NCBI GenBank assembly: GCA_964632485.1
Contig: CAZWDO010000001.1
Span: 1-64,000 of the forward strand
From: an uncultured bacterium
GTDB taxonomy: Bacteria > JAGOEH01
Direction: 5' to 3'
DNA length: 64,000 nt
In this document: one piece after another, positions 1 to 12,121 of the stretch
Position numbering within the stretch: the first letter of the stretch is position 1
Layout: each line of letters opens with the position of its first letter
Notes under the pieces: model-generated
The model's input: the letters and a program-made list of their open reading frames with translations, nothing else
Databases searched by the model: none
Told to the model about the DNA's origin: nothing
Made by a program: the position numbers and the translations under genes

Positions 1-7
1 CCGATGG

Positions 8-3000
8 TTGATCCGCGTGGCGGCGCGTATGCAATCGGCCGGCGGCGACCGCGCCCGTTTCATCGAGAACCGCGGCCAATGGCCGGCCGAGGTGCGCTTT
101 CTGGCCCAAGTCGGCGGTATGAACGCCTGGATCACCGATTTCGGCGCGGTCTATGATTATTACATAATTGAACGTGACTCAGCGGCCGAACAACTTTCTG
201 TCACCATGCCGGGAATGAACGCGCCAGCGGGCGCTCCGGCCGCGCCAGGCATCAACGGCGCCCCGGGCGTGACGGGCATGGGCGCGCATGGCGGTTTGCC
301 GGGGGATGCGTCGATGGGCAATAACGACCAGGATACGCGCCGTATCCGCGGACACGCGCTGCGCGCCGAACTGGAGGGATGCCGACGCGGCGCGCTGGCG
401 CGCGGCCTCGATCCGCGGCCCGGGTATCTCAACTACTTTATCGGCAATGACCGCTCGCGCTGGGCCTCGCGCGTGCGCGTCTATGACGAGGCGCGGCTCG
501 AGGGCGTGTACGACGGCATCGACGCGCGCTACTACCCGGATGGCGGCTCGATCCGCTACGATTATATCGTCAAGCCCGGCGCCGATGTAGGCCAAATCCG
601 ACTGCGCGTCAGCGGCGCGGACGATGTGTCGGTGGACGAACGCGGCGAACTGACGCTGCGCACCAGCCTGGGCGAAGTGCGCCACGCCCGCATCGTGGCC
701 TATCAGGAAGGCAGCCCCAATCCCCAATGGATGGGCCGCAAAAGCGGTGCGAGCCGCACCGGGCTCGCTGGCGCGACCGAAGCGGGCATGGCGGCGGACG
801 CCACCGCCGGTACGAGCCGTACTGGCGGTACGAGCCGTACCGGCAGTCCAACCAGTACCGGCAGTCCAACCAGTACCGACGGGGCGGCATGGGATACTCA
901 CATTGCAGTGGGCAATGCCAGCGCTGAACATGGCCGGCCGGGCGCCGCGGGCGCGGTGCGCTGGCCGCGGGACGCGGAAGGGCGCGCGCAAGTGCCCTGC
1001 CGCTTCGTGGAGAACGGCGACGGCACCGTCGGCCTGCGCGCCGAGGGCTATGACCCGGAACGCGAACTGATCATCGATCCGCTAATCTGGTCCACCTTCC
1101 TGGGAGGTTCTCAGGATGATTATATACAGAAAATGGAAGTGGACGGCGACGGCAACGTGGTGGTGGCGGGCTATACCTATTCCAGCGACTATCCCGTTAC
1201 CGCGGGCGCCTATGACGAGAGTTTCAATGGCGGCAATACCGATATTTTTATCACCAAACTCGCGGCTGACGGTTCGAGCCTGATTTATTCCACCTATCTC
1301 GGCGGGTCGAACTATGAGGAACTCCGCGCGCTGGCCTTGGACGCCTCGGGCCGGGCCGTGGTGGCGGGCTATACTTCCTCGAGCAATTTTCCCGCGACCG
1401 CGGGCGCCGCGCAGACCGTCTTCGGCGGCTATGGCTATTATGACGCCTTTGTCGCGCGCCTGACGGCCGACGGGACAGGGCTGGATTATGCCACCTATCT
1501 TGGCGGGTCGAGCGAGGACTACGCCCAGGCGCTGGCCTTGGACGCCGCGGGCCGGGTGGTGGTGGCAGGCTCTACCTACTCCAGCAATTTCCCCGCGACC
1601 GCGGGCGCCGCGCAGACCGTCTTCGGCGGCGGTAGGGACGCCTTTGTCGCGCGCCTCGCGGCTGACGGTTCGAGCCTGGAGTATGCTACCTATCTCGGCG
1701 GGTCGAACTATGAGGAACTCCGCGCGCTGGCCTTGGACGCCTCGGGCCGGGCCGTGGTGGCGGGCTATACCTACTCCAGCAATTTCCCCGCGACCGCGGG
1801 CGCCGCGCAGACCGCCTCCGGCGGCAATAGTGACGCCTTTGTCGCGCGCCTCGCGGCCGACGGCGCGAGCCTGGAGTATGCCACCTATCTCGGCGGGTCA
1901 AGCAGTGACTACCCCCAGGCGCTGGCCTTGGACGCCTCGGGCCGGGCCGTGGTGGCGGGCTATACTTCTTCCTTCGATTACGCGATCACCGATGACGCCA
2001 TCGATTGGTGCAATAATAGTGGAAATGATGGCTTTGTCACTAAACTCGATTTCAATCCTTGCCCGGACAATCATAAACCCCGCGTTTTCACGAATAGTAA
2101 TGATAATCCTACCAGCCGTTCATGTGGTCTTCGTGGCAATATTTCCACCGATAACGGCTATACGGTTACGGCAAAAGGCTTCTGCTATGCCACGGATCAT
2201 CTGCCTACTCTCGCCGATGACCACACGAATGACGGCACGGGCATCGGCGATTTTTATTCCACTATCACCGGGCTGACGCCCAACACACTCTACTATTACC
2301 GCGCCTATGCCACCAATTCCCAGGGTACGGCCTATGACGGTTGCCGCTCCTTCACCACGCTGCAGGCTTATCCGCAAATCCGCATCACCGGCAACGGCAA
2401 CGATATCAGCGACGGCGACGCCACGCCCTCGGTCTGGGACCACACGGATTTCGGCAATGTGGCGGTTTCCGGGTCCAAGGAACTCACCTATACCATCGTC
2501 AACGACAATGACGGCGACCTGCTGCTCACCGGCGATCCCATCGTGGATATCTCGGGCGCCCAGGCCGCCGACTTCTCCCTCGTCGCCGCGCCCGACGCCC
2601 TGATCCCGGGTTTCGGCTCCTCCACCTTCACCATCCGCTTCGAACCGGGCGATCTCGGCCTGCGCCAGGCGGAACTGCGCGTCTTCAACAACGATACCCG
2701 CAGCCAAATCAGTCCATATAATTTCATCATCCAGGGCGCGGGGTTCGACGGCTTCAACCTCAGCGGCCGCGTCACCCTCTCCGGCCAGGCCCTCGCCGGG
2801 GTAACCCTCGCCGTTAGCGGCGACCAGTCCCTCACGGCGGTCAGCGACGCCAATGGCGATTTCCATATCCCGGGACTCACCGCGGGCGGCAATTATACGC
2901 TCACACCTTCCAAATCCGGCCATTCCTTTTCGCCCGCTTCCTATGCCTATACTGACCTCCAGGCCAATCAGACCAATCAGAATTTCAGCGCCACCCTGCT

Positions 3001-6000
3001 CACCTATACCCTCAGCGGCGCCATCCGCAGCGGCGGTCAGCCCTTCCCCGGGGTAACGGTCGCGCTCTCCGGCGGCGCCTCAGCCACCACTACCACCGAC
3101 GTGGACGGCGAGTACAGTTTCGCCAACCTGCCCTACGGGTCCAATTACACCATCACGCCCAGCCAGACGGGCTACACTTTCTCGCCCTCCAGCCGTTCCT
3201 ATACGCCGCTCACCGGGCATCAGGCCAATCAGGATTTCACGGTGACGCAAAATGTCTATAGCATTGCGGGGCGCGTCACCACGCCCGGCGGCGCGGGCCT
3301 TTCCATGGCGAGCATCACGGTCAGCGGCGACGCTGCCACCGAGGTGTTCACGGACGGCAACGGCGCCTACATCGTCAGCGGGTTGGCGCATGGCGGGGAT
3401 TATACGCTCACGCCCGCCAAATCGGGCTATACCTTCACGCCGGCCAGCCTCGAATTCGCCGATTTGCAAGCCAATCAGACCAACCAGAATTTTAGCGGGG
3501 CTCTCGACACCTGGAGCCTCAGCGGCCATATCACCGTCGGCGGCGTGGGACTCTCCGGCGTTACGGTCTCGGTCTCGGGCAGCGCCCATACCGCGGCGAC
3601 CACCGACGCGGCCGGGCATTACCAGATCAGCGGCCTGGGTTCCGGCGGCGCGTATCTGCTCACGCCCTCCAGGACGGGCTATACCTTCAATCCCATTGAC
3701 CGCGAATACGCCAATTTGAGCGCGGATCACGCGGACGGCGATTTCACGGCCACGCTCAACACCTATACCCTCAGCGGCCGGGTTACCCACAACGGCGCGG
3801 CCTTCGCGGGCGTAACGGTGACGCTCGGCGGCGGGGCCAATGCCGCCACTACCAGCGACGCCAACGGCGACTACCAGTTCCTCAACGTGGCGCATGGCGG
3901 CAATTACACGCTGACGCCCTCCAAAACCGGCTACCACTTTACGCCGGGATCGTACTCCTACAGCGGCCTTTCCGCGTCGCACCAGCATCTCCACCGATGG
4001 CAGCGGCAACTACATGCTCAGCGGCCTGGCGCACGGCGGCAATTACACGCTGACGCCCGCCAAAACGGGCTACGGCTTCACGCCGCCAACCCGCAGTTTC
4101 GCCAATATCACCGCTAATCAGACAGGCCAGGATTTTACCGCCGCGCTGGTGACCTATACCGTGAGCGGCCATATCACCTCCGGCGGCGCGCCTTTGGCCG
4201 GGGCGACCATCACTCTCGGTGGCGGGCCTTCGGGCGCGACGGCAACCGACGCGGCGGGCGCATGGAGTTTCAGCGGCCTGGCCCATGGCGGGACTTATAG
4301 CTTCACACCGTCGAAAACGGGCTATAGCTTCACGCCCGCGACGCGCACCCTGGAGGCGCTCGCCGCCTCGCACGCGGCGGAGAATTTCACGGCAACGCTC
4401 AACAGCTACGGTATCAGCGGCCGTGTGACCCATCTTGGCGCGGGCCTCGCCGCCGCCACACTGACCGTCAGCGGGGACGCCGCCCTGAGCGCGGTCAGCG
4501 ATGCCGACGGCAATTACGCCATCAACGGCCTGCCCGCGGGCGGCGCCTATACGGTCACCCCGTCTAAAGCCGATTACGGATTCAGTCCGCTCAACCGCGC
4601 GTATGCGAATCTGAGCGCGTCGCAGACGGAGCAGAACTACAGCGCTTCGCTCAACACCTACAGCGTCAGCGGCCGCATCACCGACGGCGGCGGCGCGGGC
4701 CTGGCCGGTGTATCGATTACGGTCGGCGGCGACGTTACCGGCATCGTGGTCAGCGACGCCACCGGCGCCTATATCGTCAGCGGCCTGGCTGCGGGCGGCA
4801 ATTATACGCTTACGCCAGCCAAGGCGGGCTGGAGTTTCTCCCCGGCCCTGCTCAGCTATACGAATTTAAGCTCGGCGCAGATTGATCAGAATTTCACCGC
4901 CGCGGCCCATACCTATACCCTCAGCGGCCGTATTACCCAGTCGGGGGCGGCCCTGGCCGGGGCGACCGTGACGCTGAGCGGGGCAACTTCGGCCACCGCC
5001 ACCACGGACGCCAGCGGCGAGTACTCGTTCAGCGGCCTGGGCCGCGGCGGGGCATATACGGTTACGCCCAGTTTCGTGGGCCGGGTCTTCACGCCGACGA
5101 GCCGATCAGTCCCGTCGCTGGTCGCGGATCAACCTGGACTGGATTTCGAAGCCGCGGCCCTGACCTACAGTAGCAGCGGCCGCATCACCACCGCGGGCGG
5201 GGTTGGCATCGCCTGGACCACCATCGAGGTCAGCGGGGACGCTTCCTTCAACGTGGTCGGGGACGCCGGCGGCTATTACACGGTCGCGGGCCTGGCGCAC
5301 GACGGCAAATATACCCTTTCCCCGGTCAAAAGCGGCTATAGCTTCAATCCCGGCCAACGAGTCTATAACAAGCTGGCCGCTTCGCAGAGCAATCAGGATT
5401 TCCAGGGAACGCTCAACACCTATACCATCAGCGGNNNNNNNNNNCGCTCGGCGGCGCGGTCAATGCCGCGGCGGTTACCGACGTCAACGGCAACTACAGT
5501 TTCACCGGCCTGCCCGAAGGCGGCGCTTTCACCCTCACGCCAGCGAAAACCGGGTTCGTGTTCAATCCCTCCACGCGCAACGTGTTCAATCTGGCCGCCA
5601 ATGAGACCGGCCAGGATTTCACGGCCGTTTCCTCGGCCTTGACCATCAGCGGCACGGTGTACAGCGGCGGCGCGGGCCTCTCCGGCGCCACCCTGACCCT
5701 CACGGGCAGCAACAGCGCCACCTTGGTCACCGATGCCTCGGGAACCTATTCTTTCACCGTGGCCGAGGGCGGTTCCTATACGCTCGCGCCATCCAAGACG
5801 GGCTACAGTTTCACCCCGGCTTCGAAGAGCTGGGCGAACCTGAGCGAATCGCAGGCGCAGAATTTCGCGGCGGAAGCGGCTCTGCCCGCGGCGCCGGCCC
5901 TGGTCTCGCCCGCGTATCAGGCGGAAAACGTCAGCGCCAACCTCCACCTGATCTGGAACCCGGTGGCCAATGCCGCGAGCTATGACGCGCAGTTGGCGAC

Positions 6001-7954
6001 GGACGCGGCCTTCACGCAGATGACCCGGCAGGAGTCGGGCCTGGCCCAGACCGCGTGGCCGGCGGCAAATTTAGCACCCTATACCGTTTATTACTGGCGG
6101 GCGCGGGCGTTGAATGGCGCGGGCGCGAGCCCCTGGTCGGATGTGTGGCGCTTCACCACGGCCCTGGGCGATCTCGCGGCGCGCATCGAATCTCCGGCGG
6201 CCGATACCGCCATTTTCAAGGGCGAAAACGTCTATTTCCGCGGCAATGAATGCCCCCTAACCGCCAGCGCCGAGTATCAGTGGTTCTTCGGCGATGGACG
6301 CACGGCTGCGGGCCGCGAACCGGGCGCCATGACCTTCAACCAGACCGGGACCATCGCCGTGCAGTACCTCTACCGCATCAGCGGCACCAGCCACGCCAGC
6401 GACGTAGCCATGCGCCTGATCACCGTGCGCGACCGGCCCGCCGCGGAACGGCTCTATTTCATCGTTCAGCCCTACCATACCCTATACAGCGAAAATGCCT
6501 GGCTGAGCTGGCAGACCAATCTCAGCGCCGCCGCCATCGTGCGCTACGGGACCAGTCCCGCCAATCTCGACCGCGAACAGCGCGTGGAAACCGTGGCCGC
6601 TGAACATAACGTGATCCTTTCCGGGCTGACGGCCAACACGACCTGGTATTACCAGGCGGAAGCGATCCGCGGCGCGGATACCGCCCGCTCGCTGATCGAT
6701 TCCTTCTTCATCGAGCAGGCCACGGCCGACCATACGCCGCCTTACGTAATCGACAAGCAAATCTATATGTACAACACCTCGGGATTTCTGATTTTCACGC
6801 TCAGCGAACCCGCCCAGGCGATTCTGTTCTACGGCACGGACAAGAACAGCCTGAGCCAGTACGTCCAGTCGCTGAACCACCAGCAGGAGCATAGCTTCTT
6901 TCTGGAAAACCTGTTGCCTGAAACCGCGTATTATTATCGGCTGATGATGGTGGATCCGTCGGGCAACACCGGCTATTACCCACCGGCGAATCAGTTGGCC
7001 AGGGGCGCAGGCGGCGCTTCGGACTTTTCGGGCCAGGAGGACGATGACGACGGGTTCAGCACCACCAACCAGCCGGACACCCGGCCGCCGGCGATCGGCG
7101 CCGAGGTGTTCCTGCATGCCGACGGCAAGCTGGGCATTATCTGGAGCTATGACGAACCGGCGGTCTATCGCCTCGAGCTCTACCGCGGCACCGAAAGCGC
7201 GGGCGTGTTCGCGGATACGGCCACCTGGCGGGTGGGGCACTACCTGATCATCGAGGGACTGGAAAATAGCGCCGAATATCGGGCGCGGCTATGGGCGCGG
7301 GACGTCAACGGCAACGAGGCCATGACCGAGCTGAGCGCGCGTATCGAAGGCGCCGCGCCAGCCACGCCGCCGGTAGTCAGCGTTATCCGCCATGAGCTGG
7401 TCAATGGCGAGCTGCGTGTGCAATGGCTCACGGACGCGCCGGCCACCGCGGAACTGCGCTGGGGACGGGCCCAGGGCGCGCTGGACCATACCCTGGTCAA
7501 AAAGACCCTCAACAGTGAACATACCATGATTTTAAATAATGTGGCCACCGACCAGCCGCTTTGGTATCAGGTGCGGTCGTGCGCGGCTGACGGGGAGACC
7601 TGCGCCGAGTGGTCGGACGCGGCCAGCTATTCGCCCACCGCAGTGGAGGAAACGGACGCGGCCGCCAAAGGCGCGCCCGGACGGCTCGAGTGCCGGGTGT
7701 GGCCCAATCCCTTCAACGATTGGGTAAGCATCGGCTACCGGTTACCGGAAACGGGCGCGGCGCGCGTGGAAATCTATGACGTGATGGGCCGCCTGCTGCG
7801 CGTCTGGGAGGAGAGCTCCCAGCCCGTGGGCGAGTATGTGCGGCGCTGGGACGGCCGCGATGCCGACGGCCAGCCCGCGCCCACCGGCGTCTATTTCTGC
7901 CGCGTGGTCACTCCGCGCGAAACTGCCGCGGTGAAACTGCTGCTGATGAAGTGA
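8..7954 (+). CDS. Giant secreted/surface repeat protein: SBBP beta-propeller repeats, FN3, Ig-like domain, >=13 carboxypeptidase-regulatory-like beta-sandwich repeats, FN3/PKD, C-terminal FlgD-Ig/T9SS-type domain. One gene split into ORFs 8-4117, 4014-5642 and 5558-7954; probably 5'-partial
   Basis: N-terminal 'FIENRGQW...NYFIGNDRSRW...YDYIVKPGAD...LIIDP' and 'STYLGGS..D...' repeats are typical of SBBP proteins. ~84-aa 'Y.LSG.V...TTD..G.Y...L..GG.YTLTPSK.GY.F.P' repeats continue across the three ORFs. C-terminus 'VWPNPFN...WDGRD..G..APTGVYF'. Frame is open to the window edge. Breaks at ~3985 and at the N gap 5435-5444. Confidence 0.85.
803..874 (+). repeat. 4 x 18-bp in-frame tandem repeat (TAGTSR/TGGTSR/TGSPTS/TGSPTS)
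   Basis: accgccggtacgagccgt, actggcggtacgagccgt, then accggcagtccaaccagt twice. Confidence 0.9.
1255..1975 (+). repeat. Near-identical 195-201 bp SBBP coding repeats (~4 units)
   Basis: 'tatct(c/t)ggcgggtc' recurs at 1295, 1496, 1691 and 1886 with long identical flanks. Confidence 0.9.
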
Positions 7955-7964
7955 CACTGACGGG

Positions 7965-7991
7965 GGCGGTTCTGAACCATGCAGAACCGCC
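7965..7991 (+). terminator. Hairpin after the giant surface protein gene
   Basis: ggcggttctg-N7-cagaaccgcc; no clear U tract. Confidence 0.5.
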
Positions 7992-8061
7992 TTCCATGTA
8001 TTGAGTTATTGCCGGCAAAGTTGCCTTTTTTCGTTAATGTAATGCAGGGTAATATGGTAAT

Positions 8062-9867
8062 TTGAAATCATTCAGTAGGTACTCGATGGTTGCTTTTATT
8101 CGCATTTTTATTATCGCATTGCTTTTATTTACGAGTCTTCAAGCCGATCCGCGTGATTCACTGGTCATGGCGAAGCGGAAATTCAACCAGGCCATCAATC
8201 AATATGCTGGCAATCCTTCTTCGGCATTATCGTCTCAGGCAATTGCAAGACTGAAGACTGATCGGGAAATTCTGAAACGAACAATTAGCGCTCAAGTTCA
8301 TCGAAATCCGGTGTCCGGCATTGAGATTGTTCCTGTTTATAGTTCGTCTCGATTTGAAGTATTGTCATTTTATTCGTATGATTACACGTTAGCCAGTAAT
8401 CGTGTCATTATCAACTTGCGCAATAAAACCTCTAATTTTTACGATTTCGTGAAAGTGAATTTTTTTCTGATAAAAAACAATCAGGTTGTCAGTACCGACT
8501 ATACCTACATTGATTATGAAACGTACGGTTATGCCGGAATGGCTCCCTATTCGCAATCGTTTTTAGAGTCCTTTATTGATAATGTCGATTTTGATGAAAT
8601 ACAACTCACGTTAGAATGCTCCCTGACCACTGCCGAAGATTTACTCTTTGATCAGATGTTCGGGATTTCCAATTTTCAAATCGATTTTGACGAGCATGAA
8701 TGGTCTGGTGATTTGAATAATCTAACGGGAAACAGTGTCGAGTTCGCTTCGGTATATTTGTGTTTTTATAAAAACGGAAAGATGATGGATTTTGATTATA
8801 CCTATATGGATTACAAGAATCCGCCCAATGTAAGATTTTCATACGCAGTCGATTCACCGGACGAATCAGAGAAAATTGTTCTCTGGAACTATAAAACGAC
8901 GGCTGTCAACTTAGCGGGTTGGACCCTGGGCAATAAGGAACAACCCGATGCGTATGTGATTCCTCTTGCTACTTGGGTGGATGCCAATCGCACGATCACT
9001 TTCACCCATGATCAATTGAATTTTTCTATCGCTGATGACGATGAAATTCTGTATCTAAAAGACAATACAGGCGCCTTGGTCGATATTTATTCAGATGATA
9101 CACATTATCTGTTTGGCTCTAACGAATCCTGGCATTTTGAGGGGTATGCGGATGATGAGTGGGAATACGATTATTACAAAACGTTGGTGAGTTATTCGAC
9201 ATCTTCATTGAGTGGCGCCGACAATGTAAGCCCGAATATCCCGTTATTCGCGAATATGTCGTACGAGGGAGATAAAAACCAGACATTGACTTTTTCGGCT
9301 TTTCTCGCAGATTACAATGGGGGCGCTGTAAAGTGGATGATTGATTGGGGAAACGGCGCACAAAGCGGATGGACGAATGCATCGGGTTCAAAATCCATTA
9401 GTTCGATCAACTATGCCTATCCGGCGGCAGGAATTTATTATATCAGAGCGAAGGCTACAGATCAGGCTGGGGGGCTTTTTAGATCGCAAGCGGAGTCGGG
9501 GTGGTCGGATTCGGTGCAGGTTACCATTCACGAGTCGCACGATCCTTTGTCGATTGACACTGACTATCTGTCGCCGGGCGGCATGAGAATGATCACGGCA
9601 TTGCAGCAAAACTATCCGAATCCGTTCAATCCGTTCACCACCATAGAGTATTGCGTCGGTGAGAATAGTCTTGTGCGGCTTGATATCTTCGATATCCGGG
9701 GTAATCTGGTCCGGAATCTGGTCCATTCCGCACAGGGAACCGGAGCGTATCGCGCGATCTGGGACGGCAGGGACAACCGGAGAATGACAGCGCCGTCGGG
9801 TGTTTATCTTTATAAATTGACTGTCGGAGATCATCAACTGGCACGAAAGATGATTTATATCCATTAG
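8062..9867 (+). CDS. Secreted protein with lamin-tail-like and PKD domains and a FlgD-Ig/T9SS-type C-terminal domain
   Basis: Signal peptide (alternative start ATG 8086, ...LFTSLQA|D); 'NLAGWTL...DEILYLKD..G.LVD' (LTD-like); 'IDWGNG...Y...GIY.IRAKATD' (PKD); 'LQQNYPNPFNP...SGVYLYKL'. Confidence 0.8.
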   Translation: MKSFSRYSMVAFIRIFIIALLLFTSLQADPRDSLVMAKRKFNQAINQYAGNPSSALSSQAIARLKTDREILKRTISAQVHRNPVSGIEIVPVYSSSRFEVLSFYSYDYTLASNRVIINLRNKTSNFYDFVKVNFFLIKNNQVVSTDYTYIDYETYGYAGMAPYSQSFLESFIDNVDFDEIQLTLECSLTTAEDLLFDQMFGISNFQIDFDEHEWSGDLNNLTGNSVEFASVYLCFYKNGKMMDFDYTYMDYKNPPNVRFSYAVDSPDESEKIVLWNYKTTAVNLAGWTLGNKEQPDAYVIPLATWVDANRTITFTHDQLNFSIADDDEILYLKDNTGALVDIYSDDTHYLFGSNESWHFEGYADDEWEYDYYKTLVSYSTSSLSGADNVSPNIPLFANMSYEGDKNQTLTFSAFLADYNGGAVKWMIDWGNGAQSGWTNASGSKSISSINYAYPAAGIYYIRAKATDQAGGLFRSQAESGWSDSVQVTIHESHDPLSIDTDYLSPGGMRMITALQQNYPNPFNPFTTIEYCVGENSLVRLDIFDIRGNLVRNLVHSAQGTGAYRAIWDGRDNRRMTAPSGVYLYKLTVGDHQLARKMIYIH

Positions 9868-9943
9868 GGGATACGGTTTTGCTCTCACCCCGGGGCGTTG
9901 AGCTATACATACGCCCCGGGGAGGGTAGAGTGAATCTTTCATG

Positions 9944-9972
9944 TTGACTTTTTACTCAATGTATATTATAGT
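9944..9972 (+). promoter_or_regulatory. Sigma70-type promoter for the AAA-ATPase gene
   Basis: TTGACT-N17-TATAGT. Confidence 0.6.
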
Positions 9973-10000
9973 ATTGTATAAACACGCTTAGTTGGCGAGC

Positions 10001-10093
10001 ATGACGATGGTGGTTACCCGTGGATGCCGGGCGCGAGCCGCGCTGGCAATCGAAGTCCGGCATGACGGAGGTGGTTACCCTTCCGGCATGACG
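10001..10093. repeat. Degenerate CGTC-type REP cluster
   Basis: tggatgccgg...gtccggcatgacggaggtggttaccc resembles the unit at 11804-11916. Confidence 0.65.
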
Positions 10094-10133
10094 ATATACG
10101 ATACCTAATCAACGAGTTTTTCGGGAGAAAACG

Positions 10134-11705
10134 ATGAAAAAATTCAACGTTACCGGGCTTTGCATCCCGGAACGCCATTACATGGTCGATACCCGGCACA
10201 AACTGGCGCATATTATGGCCATGATCGAACAAGGCGAATATTTCACCATCAACCGGCCCCGGCAATACGGCAAGACGACCACGTTTTTTAGTCTTCGAAA
10301 CCTGTTGAGAAATAAAAGTGATTATTGTGTCATTTCTACCAGTTTTGAGGGAATCGGGGATGATATTTTTCTCAATGAAACCAATTTTTCAGGACGTTTT
10401 TTGGGCATTCTGGCCAATTCTCTGCGGTTTCAGGATTCCCAATTTTCTGCATATTTAGAGAATTTGAATCAAGGCGCCGCCAATCTGGATCAGTTATCGC
10501 TGAAGATTACGGAGTTGGTTCGGCATATCGGGCGCCGGTTGGTATTGATGATCGACGAGGTGGACAAGAGCTCGAACAACCAATTGTTCGTGAGTTTTCT
10601 GGGAATGCTGCGCAACAAGTATTTATCAGCCGCAGCCGGTGATGATGCGACGTTTCACAGCGTGATATTGGCGGGGGTGCATGATGTGCGGACGTTGAAA
10701 TTGAAGCTGCGGCCGGATGAGGAGCGCAAGTACAACAGTCCATGGAACATTGCGTCGGAGTTCACGGTGGATTTGGGGTTCGACGCCGACGAGATCGCGA
10801 CCATGCTGGAGCAGTACCGCTCAGAAACGGGAGTGGAGATGGATATATCAGCAGTTGCGCAGCGGCTCTATTTTTTCACGGGCGGGTATCCGTATCTGGT
10901 GAGCCGGGTATGCAAGGAGATCGATGAACGTTTGCTTCCGGACCGCGAGCTTCGCGCATGGACGGTCGGCGACGTGGACGAGGCGGTGAGTCGCATCCTC
11001 TATGAACGCAACACCAACTTCGACAGTTTGCTGAAGAATCTGGAGAATCATCGGGAATTGCTGGAATTTGTCACATGTATGATCCTGGGCAGCCGGGAAT
11101 TTAGTTTTGTGGCGCAGGTGCCCTGGATCGAACTGGGTTCTATCTACGGACTTTTCCGCAACGAAAATCGCAAGTTGAGAATTCATAACCGAATATATGA
11201 AGAGCTGATCACCAACTACATCACGGCCAAAGAGGAATATTTGGGCGAACGGGCGATTGCCGGGGATGCGATCCAGGCTTTGTACCTGAAGCCGGAAGGA
11301 CGGTTGGACATGGAGAAGCTTTTGTTGAAATTCCAGGAAGTGATCCGCGAGAAGTACAGCCAGACGGATGCGATGAAGAGCGATGAGTTTCTGGAGAAAG
11401 AATTGCGCTTGTTGTTTTTGGTGTTTCTCAAACCGATTATCAACGGGGTGGGATTCTCGTTCAAGGAGGTGGAGACGGGCGCGGAGAAGCGGCTGGATAT
11501 CGTGGTGGTGTTCCGGGATGAAAAATTTGTGGTGGAGCTGAAGCTATGGCGGGGCGAGAGCTATCACCGGGAGGGGATGGAGCGGTTGAAGGGCTACATG
11601 CAGGCCGAGGGGGTGAACAAAGGCTATATGCTGATCGTGGATAAGCGCCGTGAGAAGACTTTTACCAGCGAGACGGAGGATGGTATCTTCCAGGTCTGGG
11701 TATAA
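10134..11705 (+). CDS. AAA-like ATPase with C-terminal PD-(D/E)XK nuclease domain
   Basis: Walker A-like 'RPRQYGKTT', Walker B 'LMIDEVD'; C-terminal 'EVET..KRLDIVV....FVVELK'. Confidence 0.85.
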   Translation: MKKFNVTGLCIPERHYMVDTRHKLAHIMAMIEQGEYFTINRPRQYGKTTTFFSLRNLLRNKSDYCVISTSFEGIGDDIFLNETNFSGRFLGILANSLRFQDSQFSAYLENLNQGAANLDQLSLKITELVRHIGRRLVLMIDEVDKSSNNQLFVSFLGMLRNKYLSAAAGDDATFHSVILAGVHDVRTLKLKLRPDEERKYNSPWNIASEFTVDLGFDADEIATMLEQYRSETGVEMDISAVAQRLYFFTGGYPYLVSRVCKEIDERLLPDRELRAWTVGDVDEAVSRILYERNTNFDSLLKNLENHRELLEFVTCMILGSREFSFVAQVPWIELGSIYGLFRNENRKLRIHNRIYEELITNYITAKEEYLGERAIAGDAIQALYLKPEGRLDMEKLLLKFQEVIREKYSQTDAMKSDEFLEKELRLLFLVFLKPIINGVGFSFKEVETGAEKRLDIVVVFRDEKFVVELKLWRGESYHREGMERLKGYMQAEGVNKGYMLIVDKRREKTFTSETEDGIFQVWV

Positions 11706-11803
11706 GGGAGCGGTTATTGTAGGAGCCTTCCCGCGGCCTTTTTTTTCTTGCGGGCTTGACCCCACTCCGACTTCGGACCAGGAATCCAGTTTTTTTCCCC
11801 TTC

Positions 11804-11916
11804 GATTCCGGATCAAGTCCGGAATGACGGAGGTGGCGGTTACCCATGGATTCCGGATCAAGTCCGGAATGACAGCGGTGGTTACTCATGGATGCCGGGT
11901 CGAAGCCGGTATGGCA
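11804..11916. repeat. Tandem CGTC-type REP palindromes (2 perfect, 1 degenerate)
   Basis: gattccggatcaagtccggaatgac at 11804 and 11849, degenerate copy at ~11890; ~45-bp period. Confidence 0.85.
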
Positions 11917-12121
11917 GAGGTATGGATTTGGATAGATCCGAGAGTGAATGAATATAAAAAACAATTATTAAGCAAACTTCAACAAACCTGAACAATCTAT
12001 TAAGAAATATGTTTTTCCCCTTGATTTTTTTGGAAAATTTATTAATTTAGGATGATTCGGGATAACTGTCTTAACCGGCAGTTGAAAATAAGGATAATTA
12101 AATTAATTCGGGAGGTGACCG

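Noticed and set aside
1255-1975. Possible DGR template/variable repeat pair
   Set aside because: Differences are not restricted to adenines, all copies are coding, and no reverse transcriptase is in the window.
160-7957. Many alternative-frame and antisense ORFs over the giant gene
   Set aside because: Expected in high-GC coding DNA; Arg/Pro/Ala-rich translations without motifs.
11804-11916. Palindromic repeats with short spacers resembling a mini-CRISPR
   Set aside because: Spacers are ~20 nt and similar to each other, copies are dispersed singly elsewhere, and there are no cas genes; fits REP elements.
11544-11991. ORFs spanning the REP cluster
   Set aside because: Translations of the repeats (FRIKSGMT); no sign of real genes.
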